Part shown: one piece after another, positions 1 through 8,748 of the stretch
Layout: every line of letters starts with the position of its first letter
Position numbering within the stretch: the stretch's first letter is position 1
NCBI GenBank assembly: GCA_943789005.1
Contig: CALSSL010000001.1
Coordinates: 117,688-181,687, forward strand
From: an uncultured SAR86 cluster bacterium
GTDB lineage: Bacteria; Pseudomonadota; Gammaproteobacteria; Magnimaribacterales; D2472
DNA length: 64,000 nucleotides
Reading direction: 5' to 3'
Notes under the pieces: model-generated
What the model saw: only the letters and a program-made list of their open reading frames with translations
What the model was told of the DNA's origin: nothing
Databases searched by the model: none
Program-made: the position numbers and the translations under genes

Positions 1-744
1 AAATAATAAGTTGTATAAATTATTATTTATTTCATTTAATAATCTTGCCTCATCTTTATTGTTTTTGCGCATAAAGGCACAAATTTCAGATATAGACTTA
101 GGTATTACGTTTGCGGCCACAGATATTACACCATGAGCTCCATGATTTAATGAATTCATAAAAGTAGGATCATCGCCAGAAAAAACTAGAAAATTATCAT
201 TATTTTTTGAGATATGGGTTAAAGCTTTGATTCTATCCATATTGTCTACAGCTTCTTTAATACCTACAATATTATTATGATGTGAAAGCACCTTCACGCT
301 TTCTGGAAGCAAATCGCATGCTGTTCGAGATGGAACATTGTATAAAATTTGATTTATTTCAACCGAATTTGCTATCTTCTCATAGTGGGCAATTAACCCT
401 TTTTGATTAGGTTTATTGTAATAAGGTGTTACTAAAAGAACATAATCAGCGCCTTTTAATCTTGATTCTTCTGATAAATCTATAGCTTCTTGGGTTGAAT
501 TTGCTCCAGTGCCAGCAACTACAGGCACTCTTTTATTAACATGATTAACAGTGAATTCTATTACGTCAATGTGTTCATTAACATTTAAAGTTGCTGATTC
601 TCCAGTCGTTCCAACAGACACAATTCCATCAGTACCTTGCTCGATATGCCAGTCAATTAATCTTTTAAGAGATTGATAATCTACACCTCCACTTTTTGTG
701 AGCGGCGTAACTAAAGCAACTAAACTTCCCTGTAATGCTTGCAT
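1..744 (-). CDS. dapA: 4-hydroxy-tetrahydrodipicolinate synthase (DapA); C-terminus runs off the window
   Basis: Manual minus-strand translation from the ATG at 744 gives MQALQGSLVALVTPLTKSGGVDYQSLKRLIDWHIEQGTDGIVSVGTTGESATL..., a typical DapA N-terminus with the GTTGE motif. It is absent from the ORF track because no stop lies inside the window. Confidence 0.85.
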   Translation of the reverse strand, partial: MQALQGSLVALVTPLTKSGGVDYQSLKRLIDWHIEQGTDGIVSVGTTGESATLNVNEHIDVIEFTVNHVNKRVPVVAGTGANSTQEAIDLSEESRLKGADYVLLVTPYYNKPNQKGLIAHYEKIANSVEINQILYNVPSRTACDLLPESVKVLSHHNNIVGIKEAVDNMDRIKALTHISKNNDNFLVFSGDDPTFMNSLNHGAHGVISVAANVIPKSISEICAFMRKNNKDEARLLNEINNNLYNLLF

Positions 745-810
745 GAATAAAAATTTCAGTAAAAAATAGGACTATACACTATTTTATTATAAAAACTTAA
801 GGTAAAAAAT

Positions 811-1281
811 ATGACTAAAATGTTAGAGGGCAAAAAATGTCCTAAATTTAAAGCTAAATGCACAAGCGAATTAAATCTCTCCAATGAAGATTTTATTGGA
901 AAAAATCTTGTTATATATTTTTATCCAAAAGACAGTACTCCAGGATGTACTACAGAAGGTCAAGAGTTTAGAGATAACTATAAATATTTTAAAAAATTAA
1001 ATACTGAGATTTTAGGAGTTTCGAGGGATAGTATTAAGTCTCATGAAAATTTTAAATCTAAGCAAGCATTTCCATTTGAATTGTTATCAGATCCTGATGA
1101 AAAAGTTTGCAGAGCATTCGATGTAATGAAATTAAAATCAATGTATGGAAGAGAATATATTGGAGTTGATAGAAGCACGTTTTTAGTAAGTGCTAAAGGC
1201 ATTATATTAAAAGAATGGCGCTCGGTTAAGGTGAAGGGTCATGTGGATGATGTGTTAAGCACATTAAAAAATTTGACTTAA
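811..1281 (+). CDS. bcp: Thiol peroxidase, Bcp/PrxQ-type peroxiredoxin
   Basis: 156 aa. Peroxidatic-Cys motif YFYPKDSTPGCTTE. AhpC/TSA size class. Confidence 0.9.
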   Translation: MTKMLEGKKCPKFKAKCTSELNLSNEDFIGKNLVIYFYPKDSTPGCTTEGQEFRDNYKYFKKLNTEILGVSRDSIKSHENFKSKQAFPFELLSDPDEKVCRAFDVMKLKSMYGREYIGVDRSTFLVSAKGIILKEWRSVKVKGHVDDVLSTLKNLT

Positions 1282-1282
1282 A

Positions 1283-2335
1283 TTACTCCAAAGAGGAAGG
1301 CCATGCATTCCAAACTGCTTTTATAAAGGTTGCTATTGGAATTGAAAAAAATACTCCCCAAAAACCAAACATACTTCCAAATATAAATACTGCCAAGATA
1401 ATGACTACAGGATGGAGTTTAAGTGTCTCTGAAAATATAAGAGGTACAAGAAGATTTCCATCTAATGCCTGCAGCAGCAAATAAAGACTAACTAACAAAT
1501 AAAACTGAGTACCCAAGCCAAATTGCAATAAGCCAACAATTACTATCGGAATAGTAACTAAAAATGCTCCAACATAAGGAATTATTACTGATAAGCCAAC
1601 AAGTACAGATAGCAAAGCAGAGTATTTTAATCCCAGTGATGAAAAAATAATTGCTGCTACAGCACCAACAATAAATATTTCAATTGTCTTTCCCCTTACA
1701 TAATTACTGAGCTGGATATCCATTTCAGCCCATACATTTGAAAACATTTCTCTCTTACCAGGAATTATTTTAAGAACCCCATCAATAATATTTTTTCTAT
1801 CAAATAAAAAGAAAAAAACTAATATTGGAAACAGTATGATGTATAGAAGAATTGTTATTGTGCTTTGAATACCAGAAATTGATGACTTAATAATATTTTG
1901 TGCAATAGCGGTTATTTCCTCAGATACTGCTTGAAAAAAGATTGCGATTTGATCAGACGAAACTAGCTCAGGAAACTTTGCAGGTAAATCAGACATGTAA
2001 TCTAAAAAATTATTAAATAAATTTGGTACATCTAGAATAAAAGCTTGAAGCTGGATATATAGAAGAGGTACTAGCCAGATTATCAAGGCTGCTCCTGTTA
2101 CTATAAAAATAGAGAAAGTTATTATTAGCGATGTGTATTGACCAATATTATAAGTTTGTATCTTTTTCTGCAATCCGACCAACAAATATGCCACAACAAC
2201 ACTTATTAAAAATGGGGTCAATATTGATCCAAAATAAGTAATAATTAAAAAAATTAATAATATTGCTATAGAAAAAACTATAGTTTCTTCATTGCTGAAA
2301 ATTTTTTTAAAAACTTTATTTAATTCATCAAGCAT
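1283..2335 (-). CDS. perM: AI-2E / UPF0118 family permease (PerM/YhhT-like)
   Basis: 350 aa multi-TM protein with a family-typical C-terminal region (LLVPLIFSETLKLHPVVIILAVFIFGSMFGFWGVFFSIPIA). It is divergent from bepA, as perM(yfgO)-bepA(yfgC) are in E. coli. Confidence 0.7.
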   Translation of the reverse strand: MLDELNKVFKKIFSNEETIVFSIAILLIFLIITYFGSILTPFLISVVVAYLLVGLQKKIQTYNIGQYTSLIITFSIFIVTGAALIIWLVPLLYIQLQAFILDVPNLFNNFLDYMSDLPAKFPELVSSDQIAIFFQAVSEEITAIAQNIIKSSISGIQSTITILLYIILFPILVFFFLFDRKNIIDGVLKIIPGKREMFSNVWAEMDIQLSNYVRGKTIEIFIVGAVAAIIFSSLGLKYSALLSVLVGLSVIIPYVGAFLVTIPIVIVGLLQFGLGTQFYLLVSLYLLLQALDGNLLVPLIFSETLKLHPVVIILAVFIFGSMFGFWGVFFSIPIATFIKAVWNAWPSSLE

Positions 2336-2530
2336 TTTTATCTCGTATTTTTTATAATTTTAAAAAATTGAACTATAGTCATAAAATAATAGTCAAAATA
2401 TAAAACTTATAGCAATTTGCGCCTTATCATGGGATATATTAATCTAAAAAGCTTCTTTATGTTAGTTTTGATAAAAATGTATGCTGATTTTAAAAATAAT
2501 GAATAAATACATCTTCATAATATCTCCATC

Positions 2531-3925
2531 ATGACTCTTACCTTAATAGGTCAAGAAAATAATAAATTAGACTTACCAGAATTGGGAGATAGGGTTTCTG
2601 GAGCTGTCTCTTCTGATGAAGAAAAAATTATAGGAAAGGAGTTTCTTAAGCAAATATACTTTCAAGCTCCTTTAATTTCAGATCCACTAATTCAAGAATA
2701 TACAGAATTATTAATTTATAGACTTTCAGAATATAGTGAAGTTCAAGATAGGCAATTTACTATTCTACTAATTGATGATAGCTCCTTAAATGCCTTTGCT
2801 GCTCCTGGAGGTATCATTGGTGTTAATGGTGGTCTTTTTTTAAATGCTGCTGATGAGGGTCAATTTTCTTCTGTAATGGCACATGAATTGGCTCACTTAA
2901 GTCAAAGACATTTCGCCAGAAATATATTAAATGCTGAAGATAGAAGCCTTGGATCTTCATTAGCAATGATTTCATCTATTGCATTAGCTCTAATAAGTAA
3001 CAACCCATCAGCTATGACAGTTGGTCCAGCTTTAATACAAACCCAAAATCTTAGATATAGCAGATTATTTGAAAAAGAAGCTGATAGAGTAGGTTTTGCA
3101 AATCTTATACGTGCAGGATATAACCCTAATTCAATGGGTGAAATGTTTGAAAATATGAATAACTTAAAAAAACTTAAAGGTGAAATACCTCCTGAATTTT
3201 TATTAACTCACCCACTCTCTTCTTCACGAATAAATGATGCTTTTAATGCAGCAGAAGGAATCTCAGAGGAAGGCACGAAAAAAAATTCATTAGAGTACTC
3301 TTTAATCAAATCTAGATTAGCGGTGCTTTATGAGAAAATACCATCACAATCATTAAGACTTTTTAAATCTAAATTTGAAAAAAATAAGTCTGATGCAAAT
3401 ATATATGGGTTAGCTTTATCATATGCTAACAATAACAATTTTAATGAGTCTTTAGGCCTATTAGATGCATTGATATCAAAATATCCTAAAAATTTATTCT
3501 TAAATACAACAAAAATTGAAATACTTACAAAAGCTCAAAAGTTTGATGCAGCTTTAAACTTATCAAACAGGTTCCTTGAGATATCTCCAAAAAATTATCC
3601 TCTAACAATTACAAAATCAAAATTATTACTAGAAATGAATAGATTTTTTGAATCTGAAGAAATGATAAGAGATCAGCTTATTAGAAGAAATGAAGATCCT
3701 CAACTATGGCTTTTACTATCTGAAATACAGCGAAATAGTAAAAATATTGTTGGTTATCATCAGTCTAGAGCAGAGTATTTTCTTTTGCTTGGTCAAAATG
3801 AACAGGCGTTAGGTCAGTTAGAATTCGCTTTAAATTTAACCAAAAACAACTTTCAAGTTTCTGAAAGAATAATGAACCAAATTATTTTAATCAGAAAAGA
3901 GATGGGTAAGTCTAGAGCTCTTTAG
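2531..3925 (+). CDS. bepA: M48 zinc metalloprotease with C-terminal TPR domain (BepA/YfgC-like); the N-terminal signal peptide appears to lie out of frame upstream
   Basis: HELAHLSQRH zinc motif. The start LDLPELGDRVSGAVSS aligns with the mature BepA N-terminus. The C-terminal half is TPR-like. See the finding on 2499-2560. Confidence 0.8.
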   Translation: MTLTLIGQENNKLDLPELGDRVSGAVSSDEEKIIGKEFLKQIYFQAPLISDPLIQEYTELLIYRLSEYSEVQDRQFTILLIDDSSLNAFAAPGGIIGVNGGLFLNAADEGQFSSVMAHELAHLSQRHFARNILNAEDRSLGSSLAMISSIALALISNNPSAMTVGPALIQTQNLRYSRLFEKEADRVGFANLIRAGYNPNSMGEMFENMNNLKKLKGEIPPEFLLTHPLSSSRINDAFNAAEGISEEGTKKNSLEYSLIKSRLAVLYEKIPSQSLRLFKSKFEKNKSDANIYGLALSYANNNNFNESLGLLDALISKYPKNLFLNTTKIEILTKAQKFDAALNLSNRFLEISPKNYPLTITKSKLLLEMNRFFESEEMIRDQLIRRNEDPQLWLLLSEIQRNSKNIVGYHQSRAEYFLLLGQNEQALGQLEFALNLTKNNFQVSERIMNQIILIRKEMGKSRAL

Positions 3926-5144
3926 AGTTATTATTAAGGTTTTTAGAAATTTTATATCCTGTTAGAGAGAATAACCCTGCAAAAGGAATTGCAACCATTG
4001 GCATTAAGCTAACACTTATTGCTGCTATTTTTCCTAAACCCATAAAAATGCTTCCTGTTAAGTCACCAAATCTAGTTACAAAGGTATCAATAAATACAGT
4101 TGATTTGTATCTATCTTCTTTTTCAAGCTGGCTGTATATAATTTCTCTACTTGGCTTGTTGAAACCATATTCAAAAACTCTTAATAGAGCTTGCGCAAAA
4201 ACCACTACCCCTACCGAAGGCGCTAATCCATATAGAAAGAAAACTATAATAAATAAAAATCCATAAACTATTAATATTGAGGTTATTCCAAAAAAAGAAA
4301 TAACAATATATGTAAGAAAAAGTTGGGTAATTAAAGTTAAAGGAGAAACCAATTGTTCGATTCGAGCAAAAAGTTCAATTCTGTCAGGTGCTAAATCTGA
4401 ATAAGATTCAATGATGGGGATTGCACTAATCCATTGAATTGTCATTAATGATGTAAAGAGCCATGAGTAAATAGCAACAGATCTTACTTCTTTTACTGTC
4501 ATAATATTTGAAAGTGCATCTGACCATTTACCACCAACCTCTTTTACAAGAACAATAGAGTTATTCAAATTAACTATATATCTAGCAAGAACGATTGCGG
4601 TGAGTAATAAAATAGATGATGACAATGCAAAAAGCTCTAGACCAAGATTTGTAAAAGATTCTGAGAGCCTAACTGAAATCTCAGAACCAAAAATAGCTCC
4701 AACTGATCCTCCAGCCATAATAAAACCATAGAGTTTTCTTGATTTTTCATCTCGAAAAATATTGATTACTAAAACCCAAAAAATTGAGACAACAAAAAAA
4801 GAATATATATTGCACCAGACATAAAAAACCCTGCCTAACCACATAGCTTGAACAGTATCTATTTCTTCCAATGATCGTGAATAAAAAATAAAAATGCATA
4901 GATTGATTATTAAAAAAGAGTAGCAGTACGTAATTATTTTTTTGAAGTTTGCTCTTGATGCAATCCAAGAATAAATTGGGTTTATTAACAACATAGTGAG
5001 TGCTGTTATAGATAGCAAAATTAATAAAAAATCTTGGCCATAGTTTTCAACAGCCATTTCATTTCTGACAGCTCTTAAAACATACCAAGATGCAAGAACA
5101 AGAAAAAATAGGAAACTAGTTAGGATTGTATTTTTTATTCTCAT
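3912..5144 (-). CDS. MFS-type transporter resembling the ATP:ADP antiporter / nucleotide transporter (TLC/NTT, COG3202-like) family
   Basis: 410 aa with about 11-12 hydrophobic segments. The N-terminal pattern FLFFLVLASWYVLRAVRNEMAV and the central FWVLVINIFRDEKSRKLYGFIMAGGSVGAIFG resemble TLC-family signatures. This is judged by eye only. Confidence 0.45.
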   Translation of the reverse strand: MRIKNTILTSFLFFLVLASWYVLRAVRNEMAVENYGQDFLLILLSITALTMLLINPIYSWIASRANFKKIITYCYSFLIINLCIFIFYSRSLEEIDTVQAMWLGRVFYVWCNIYSFFVVSIFWVLVINIFRDEKSRKLYGFIMAGGSVGAIFGSEISVRLSESFTNLGLELFALSSSILLLTAIVLARYIVNLNNSIVLVKEVGGKWSDALSNIMTVKEVRSVAIYSWLFTSLMTIQWISAIPIIESYSDLAPDRIELFARIEQLVSPLTLITQLFLTYIVISFFGITSILIVYGFLFIIVFFLYGLAPSVGVVVFAQALLRVFEYGFNKPSREIIYSQLEKEDRYKSTVFIDTFVTRFGDLTGSIFMGLGKIAAISVSLMPMVAIPFAGLFSLTGYKISKNLNNNSKEL

Positions 5145-5165
5145 AAAATTATTATGCCTTATGAA

Positions 5166-5241
5166 TGGTGGGTCGCACAGGATTCGAACCTGTGACCAAT
5201 TGGTTAAAAGCCAACTGCTCTACCAGCTGAGCTAGCGACCC
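5166..5241 (-). tRNA. lysT: tRNA-Lys (anticodon UUU), CCA encoded
   Basis: The reverse complement reads GGGTCGCTAGCTCAGCTGGTAGAGCAGTTGGCTTTTAACCAATTGGTCACAGGTTCGAATCCTGTGCGACCCACCA. It is 76 nt, folds as a cloverleaf with anticodon loop CU-UUU-AA, and is nearly identical to E. coli tRNA-Lys. It lies downstream of cpoB as in E. coli. Confidence 0.97.
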
Positions 5242-5268
5242 ATGGTAATGCATAATAAAAAAAGGTGA

Positions 5269-5925
5269 TTATTCCATATTTTTCAATAACTGCAAGGCCA
5301 AAGATGATGCAGTATTGTTTGGGTATTCTCTGATAACAAAATTATACTTGTCTTTGGCTTTATCAAACTCATTATTTTTTAAAAAAATATCTCCAATCTT
5401 CTTATGAGCAAGTGGAATTCTGTAATGATCTGGATAAAGGGTAATAAGCTCTAGAAAGTATGTATTTGATGATTGATAATCTTCTTGAATGTATGCTATT
5501 TCTCCAAGCCAAAAATAAGACAACGGAAGTTTCTCATCATCTGAAAAACTTTCTACAAAGTATTTAAATAATAAAGATGATCTGTCAAAGTCTTGATCGC
5601 CTAAAGCCTTTATCGCAGTCTTATAAACTTCTTCTTTACTTTTTGCATCATCAACACCAGCAAATCTTATAGTATTGTTTGAGGAAAAATTATCTAAATC
5701 AGATTTATCAGCAGTTGAATCATCAGCACCCTGAACTGATTCCTGTATTAATTTTTGAATTAGATAATCTTGGGATTCTAATTTGTTTCTTAAATCTGCG
5801 ATTTCTAGTTCTAGTTCTTGTATTTTAAGAAATAAAAGATCTACCTCTACGCTATCACTTTCTTGTGAAAAAGAATTTAAGGAAATAATAAATAAAAAAG
5901 AGAAAAATAAATAATTTTTTTTCAT
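5269..5925 (-). CDS. cpoB: Cell-division coordinator CpoB (YbgF), TPR protein
   Basis: Signal peptide MKKNYLFFSFLFIISLNSFS, an N-terminal coiled coil and C-terminal TPRs. It is the last gene of the tol-pal cluster. Confidence 0.75.
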   Translation of the reverse strand: MKKNYLFFSFLFIISLNSFSQESDSVEVDLLFLKIQELELEIADLRNKLESQDYLIQKLIQESVQGADDSTADKSDLDNFSSNNTIRFAGVDDAKSKEEVYKTAIKALGDQDFDRSSLLFKYFVESFSDDEKLPLSYFWLGEIAYIQEDYQSSNTYFLELITLYPDHYRIPLAHKKIGDIFLKNNEFDKAKDKYNFVIREYPNNTASSLALQLLKNME

Positions 5926-5928
5926 TTA

Positions 5929-6432
5929 TTAATTTATTTCTGCTCTTCTATTTTTAGCATAACTTGACTCATCTGAACCAGATGAAAGAGGTCTCTCTTC
6001 ACCAAAACTTTTAACGATTATTCTATTGGAATTAATCCCGTTAACAGCAAAATAATCTCGAACTGCTTCAGCCCTTCTCTGTCCAAGTGCTAGATTGTAC
6101 TCTCTGGTTCCTCTTTCATCAGCATGACCAGAAATTGTAATTTTAATAGAAGGGTTATTTTTCATTGCGGCAACTGCGCTTTTTAAAGTTTGAAGTGACT
6201 TATTATTTAAATTAAATTTATCAAATTCAAAATAAACTGTAGCATTTGTAAAAATTGCTTTTGTTTCATATTCTAAAGGGTAATCTTCTTGAATTGAGGC
6301 TTCTACAGTGCTTATTCCACCATCATAAACAACCTCTTCAGTTACATTCATGCTTGAGCATGATGAAATAATAAAAATAAAAACAAAAAGATTAAATAAA
6401 TTTTTGTTATATGTCATTTGTATATTGAACAT
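5929..6432 (-). CDS. pal: Peptidoglycan-associated lipoprotein Pal
   Basis: Lipobox IISSC. OmpA-like C-domain with GHADERGTREYNLALGQRRAEAV and NRRAEI. Confidence 0.92.
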   Translation of the reverse strand: MFNIQMTYNKNLFNLFVFIFIISSCSSMNVTEEVVYDGGISTVEASIQEDYPLEYETKAIFTNATVYFEFDKFNLNNKSLQTLKSAVAAMKNNPSIKITISGHADERGTREYNLALGQRRAEAVRDYFAVNGINSNRIIVKSFGEERPLSSGSDESSYAKNRRAEIN

Positions 6433-6452
6433 TGATTATCTCCTGACTTAAA

Positions 6453-7730
6453 TTATCTTAAAAAACCGGACCATGAAGGTTCTCTTACTTCACCTATTTT
6501 AGTGGGCAACCTAAATCTTGCTCCACTTAATGTAACTCCAGCAAGGAGCCCTATTCCATTTTCCGATATTGCATAGACTATCACATTACCATTAGGAGAA
6601 ATACTGGGTGACTCATCTAATTGTGAATTAGTTAATGGTCTTACAAAGTTTTCATTGAAATATTTAAGAGCTATCTGGAAATTACTATTTTTTCGATGGA
6701 CAAAAATAACTCCCTCTCCACTCGGAAGATAGGACCCTTTAGCATTATAATTTCCCTCAAATGTTATTCTTTTAGGCTTGGCATTGGATTGTCTAAGATT
6801 AATTTCGTACAACTGGGGAGACCCAGACCTTCCTGATGTAAACATAATTTTTGATCCATTAGGTGACCATGAAGACTCGGTATCTATAGAATAGTGATTT
6901 GTTAATCTTGTTAAATTTTTATTCTTTAAATTTAATATATAAATTTCAGCATTACCATCCTGATACAAAGTTAATGATAAAAATTTTCCATTTGGTGACC
7001 ATGAAGGTGAGCTTATCTGATATTTATTCTCTAAAACAATCTCTCTTTTTCCTGAGGCAATGTTTTGAGTAAAAACTTTTGCCATACCAGTCTCAAAAGA
7101 AACATATGCTACCTGTTTAGAATCTGGTGACCATGATGGAGAAATAATTGGCTCAGTACTTTTAAGAAGTATTTGCTCATTAGCACCATCTGCATCTGCA
7201 ACAATCAATTTAAAGAGCGAACTTCCTTTTGAAGATTCTTCTTTAACGTACAATAATCTAGTTGATGCAATACCTTTTAACCCAGTGATTTCCTCATAAA
7301 CTCCATCGCTTATGTAATGAGACAGTTGTCTTAATTTATTTGGCACACCAAAAACTTTTGATGATCTAATTTGAGATTCTTTTTTTACATCGAATACTTT
7401 ATATGTTGCTGAAATATTACTTCTATCCTCTTCGACTACAGATCCCATAAGAATATAATCAATTCCCAATATTTTAAAATCACTATAATTTATATTCTCT
7501 TCATTAGTTGGTATTGATAACAGCTTATTATTTTCTAATATTTTAAATTCACCTGTTCTATCTAAATCGTTTTTTACAATATTCTTGATTTCATTTGTAG
7601 CTGATTTGCTGCCTTTAAAATTTATTAATGCAACTGTATAAGGATTATCAGAGCCCTTTGTAATTTCTAGTACCAATTCAGAAATAATGGGTTGTGATAG
7701 TAATATTAACAATATTAAGTTTTTTTTCAT
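6453..7730 (-). CDS. tolB: Tol-Pal system beta-propeller protein TolB
   Basis: 425 aa with a signal peptide. It has repeated SPSWSPD(S/G)K propeller blades. It lies between tolA and pal. Confidence 0.93.
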   Translation of the reverse strand: MKKNLILLILLSQPIISELVLEITKGSDNPYTVALINFKGSKSATNEIKNIVKNDLDRTGEFKILENNKLLSIPTNEENINYSDFKILGIDYILMGSVVEEDRSNISATYKVFDVKKESQIRSSKVFGVPNKLRQLSHYISDGVYEEITGLKGIASTRLLYVKEESSKGSSLFKLIVADADGANEQILLKSTEPIISPSWSPDSKQVAYVSFETGMAKVFTQNIASGKREIVLENKYQISSPSWSPNGKFLSLTLYQDGNAEIYILNLKNKNLTRLTNHYSIDTESSWSPNGSKIMFTSGRSGSPQLYEINLRQSNAKPKRITFEGNYNAKGSYLPSGEGVIFVHRKNSNFQIALKYFNENFVRPLTNSQLDESPSISPNGNVIVYAISENGIGLLAGVTLSGARFRLPTKIGEVREPSWSGFLR

Positions 7731-8284
7731 GCTGGATTAAAAGTAATTACTATATTTTTAAAACTATTTTGATACATGCTAAATGGAATTTTATTAAAAA
7801 AGGAAAACGTTTCAACTCTTGATATAGCCTTTATAGCTGAGTTATCAAATCGTATATTTCCACTACTTTTTATTAAATCAATCTTGATAACTCTTCCATT
7901 TTTATTAATAGTCATTCTTAGATCACAAATAAGACCATCTTGAATATTTTTAGGCTTTATCCATGCTGATTGAATGGCTTGAATAATAAGAGCGCTGAAC
8001 TCACTAACCAATAAATCTTCTGACTCTTGAAGTATCATCCCTTCTTCTTGAATTAATTGATCAATATTAATGTCGGGAATTACAGGTGTTAACTCAATTT
8101 TATTATCACTTTGATATAAGGCCTCGGAGCTGCTTGTTTGTTTTGCTATAACTTCTTTTTTAATTATTTGTGTTTTTGCTTCGTCTTTAAATAAAAGATT
8201 CACATTCACAGGCTTGCTCAATACTGGGTCTTTGCTGCTTTTCAAAATAAAAGAAATCGGTAAGGTATAATATGATTGTTGCAT
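7727..8284 (-). CDS. tolA: TolA body (linker plus C-terminal TolA/TonB-like domain), lacking its membrane anchor in this frame
   Basis: The C-terminal region ALIIQAIQSAWIKPKNIQDGLICDLRMTINKNGRVIKIDLIKSSGNIRFDNSAIKAI resembles TolA domain III. It sits between tolR and tolB. The ORF has no TM segment, and a TAA lies 2 codons upstream of its ATG. Confidence 0.75.
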   Translation of the reverse strand: MQQSYYTLPISFILKSSKDPVLSKPVNVNLLFKDEAKTQIIKKEVIAKQTSSSEALYQSDNKIELTPVIPDINIDQLIQEEGMILQESEDLLVSEFSALIIQAIQSAWIKPKNIQDGLICDLRMTINKNGRVIKIDLIKSSGNIRFDNSAIKAISRVETFSFFNKIPFSMYQNSFKNIVITFNPA

Positions 8285-8336
8285 GAATTACAAATGAAAT
8301 AAATGAAGCTGTAAAGTAGTCTGACTTAATCTGCAT
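8187..8336 (-). CDS. tolA: TolA N-terminal membrane anchor, encoded in a different frame from the tolA body (49 codons)
   Basis: Manual translation gives MQIKSDYFTASFISFVIHATIILYLTDFFYFEKQQRPSIEQACECESFI*. The ATG at 8336 overlaps the tolR stop (ATGCAGATTAA). Ser14-His18-Leu25 have the same spacing as Ser18-His22-Leu29 of the E. coli TolA anchor. Confidence 0.65.
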   Translation of the reverse strand: MQIKSDYFTASFISFVIHATIILYLTDFFYFEKQQRPSIEQACECESFI

Positions 8337-8748
8337 AACCGGTAGTAACTATTCCTATATTTGAAATTCCAACACCCTGAATGGCAGCCATAGCTTTGGC
8401 AACACTATCAAAAATAACATCCTTATCACTCTGAAAAACTATTTCGATATCAGGATTTGCCTCAAAAATAATGGTCGATTTTCTTTTTAATTCATTGAGA
8501 TCGATTGGTAAAGATTCATCTCCAACATTAATATAATAATTACCATTCTTATCTATTGATATTACCATCGGCTCATTTTGAACAGACATTTTAGTTGTAT
8601 CAGTGCTTGGGAGATTCACCTCCACACCCTGAATTAATAATGGGGAAAGAACCATAAAAATTATTAAAAGCACAAGCATCACATCAATGTATGGAACTAC
8701 ATTTATTTCTGCCTTTAAATTTTTTTTCTTTGCTAGCCTATAGATCAT
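8326..8748 (-). CDS. tolR: Tol-Pal system protein TolR (ExbD/TolR family)
   Basis: 140 aa. The N-terminal EINVVPYIDVMLVLLIIFMV segment contains the conserved Asp in the TM helix. It lies in the tolQ-tolR-tolA position. Confidence 0.88.
   Translation of the reverse strand: MIYRLAKKKNLKAEINVVPYIDVMLVLLIIFMVLSPLLIQGVEVNLPSTDTTKMSVQNEPMVISIDKNGNYYINVGDESLPIDLNELKRKSTIIFEANPDIEIVFQSDKDVIFDSVAKAMAAIQGVGISNIGIVTTGYAD

Noticed and set aside
2429-2506. A 25-codon upstream ORF (MGYINLKSFFMLVLIKMYADFKNNE*) in the same frame as bepA, considered as a stop-codon read-through signal peptide.
   Set aside because: Read-through would leave about 15 extra residues between the hydrophobic stretch and the mature BepA start. 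The out-of-frame MNKYIFII... ORF at 2499 gives a much better signal peptide immediately before the mature N-terminus.
5145-5268. tRNA-Lys as a possible genomic-island integration site.
   Set aside because: No integrase, no partial tRNA 3' direct repeat near 3900-3960 and no phage or IS genes are present. The tRNA sits in its ancestral place after cpoB. Only the adjacent transporter gene is compositionally or syntenically out of place, and that is reported separately as a low-certainty idea.
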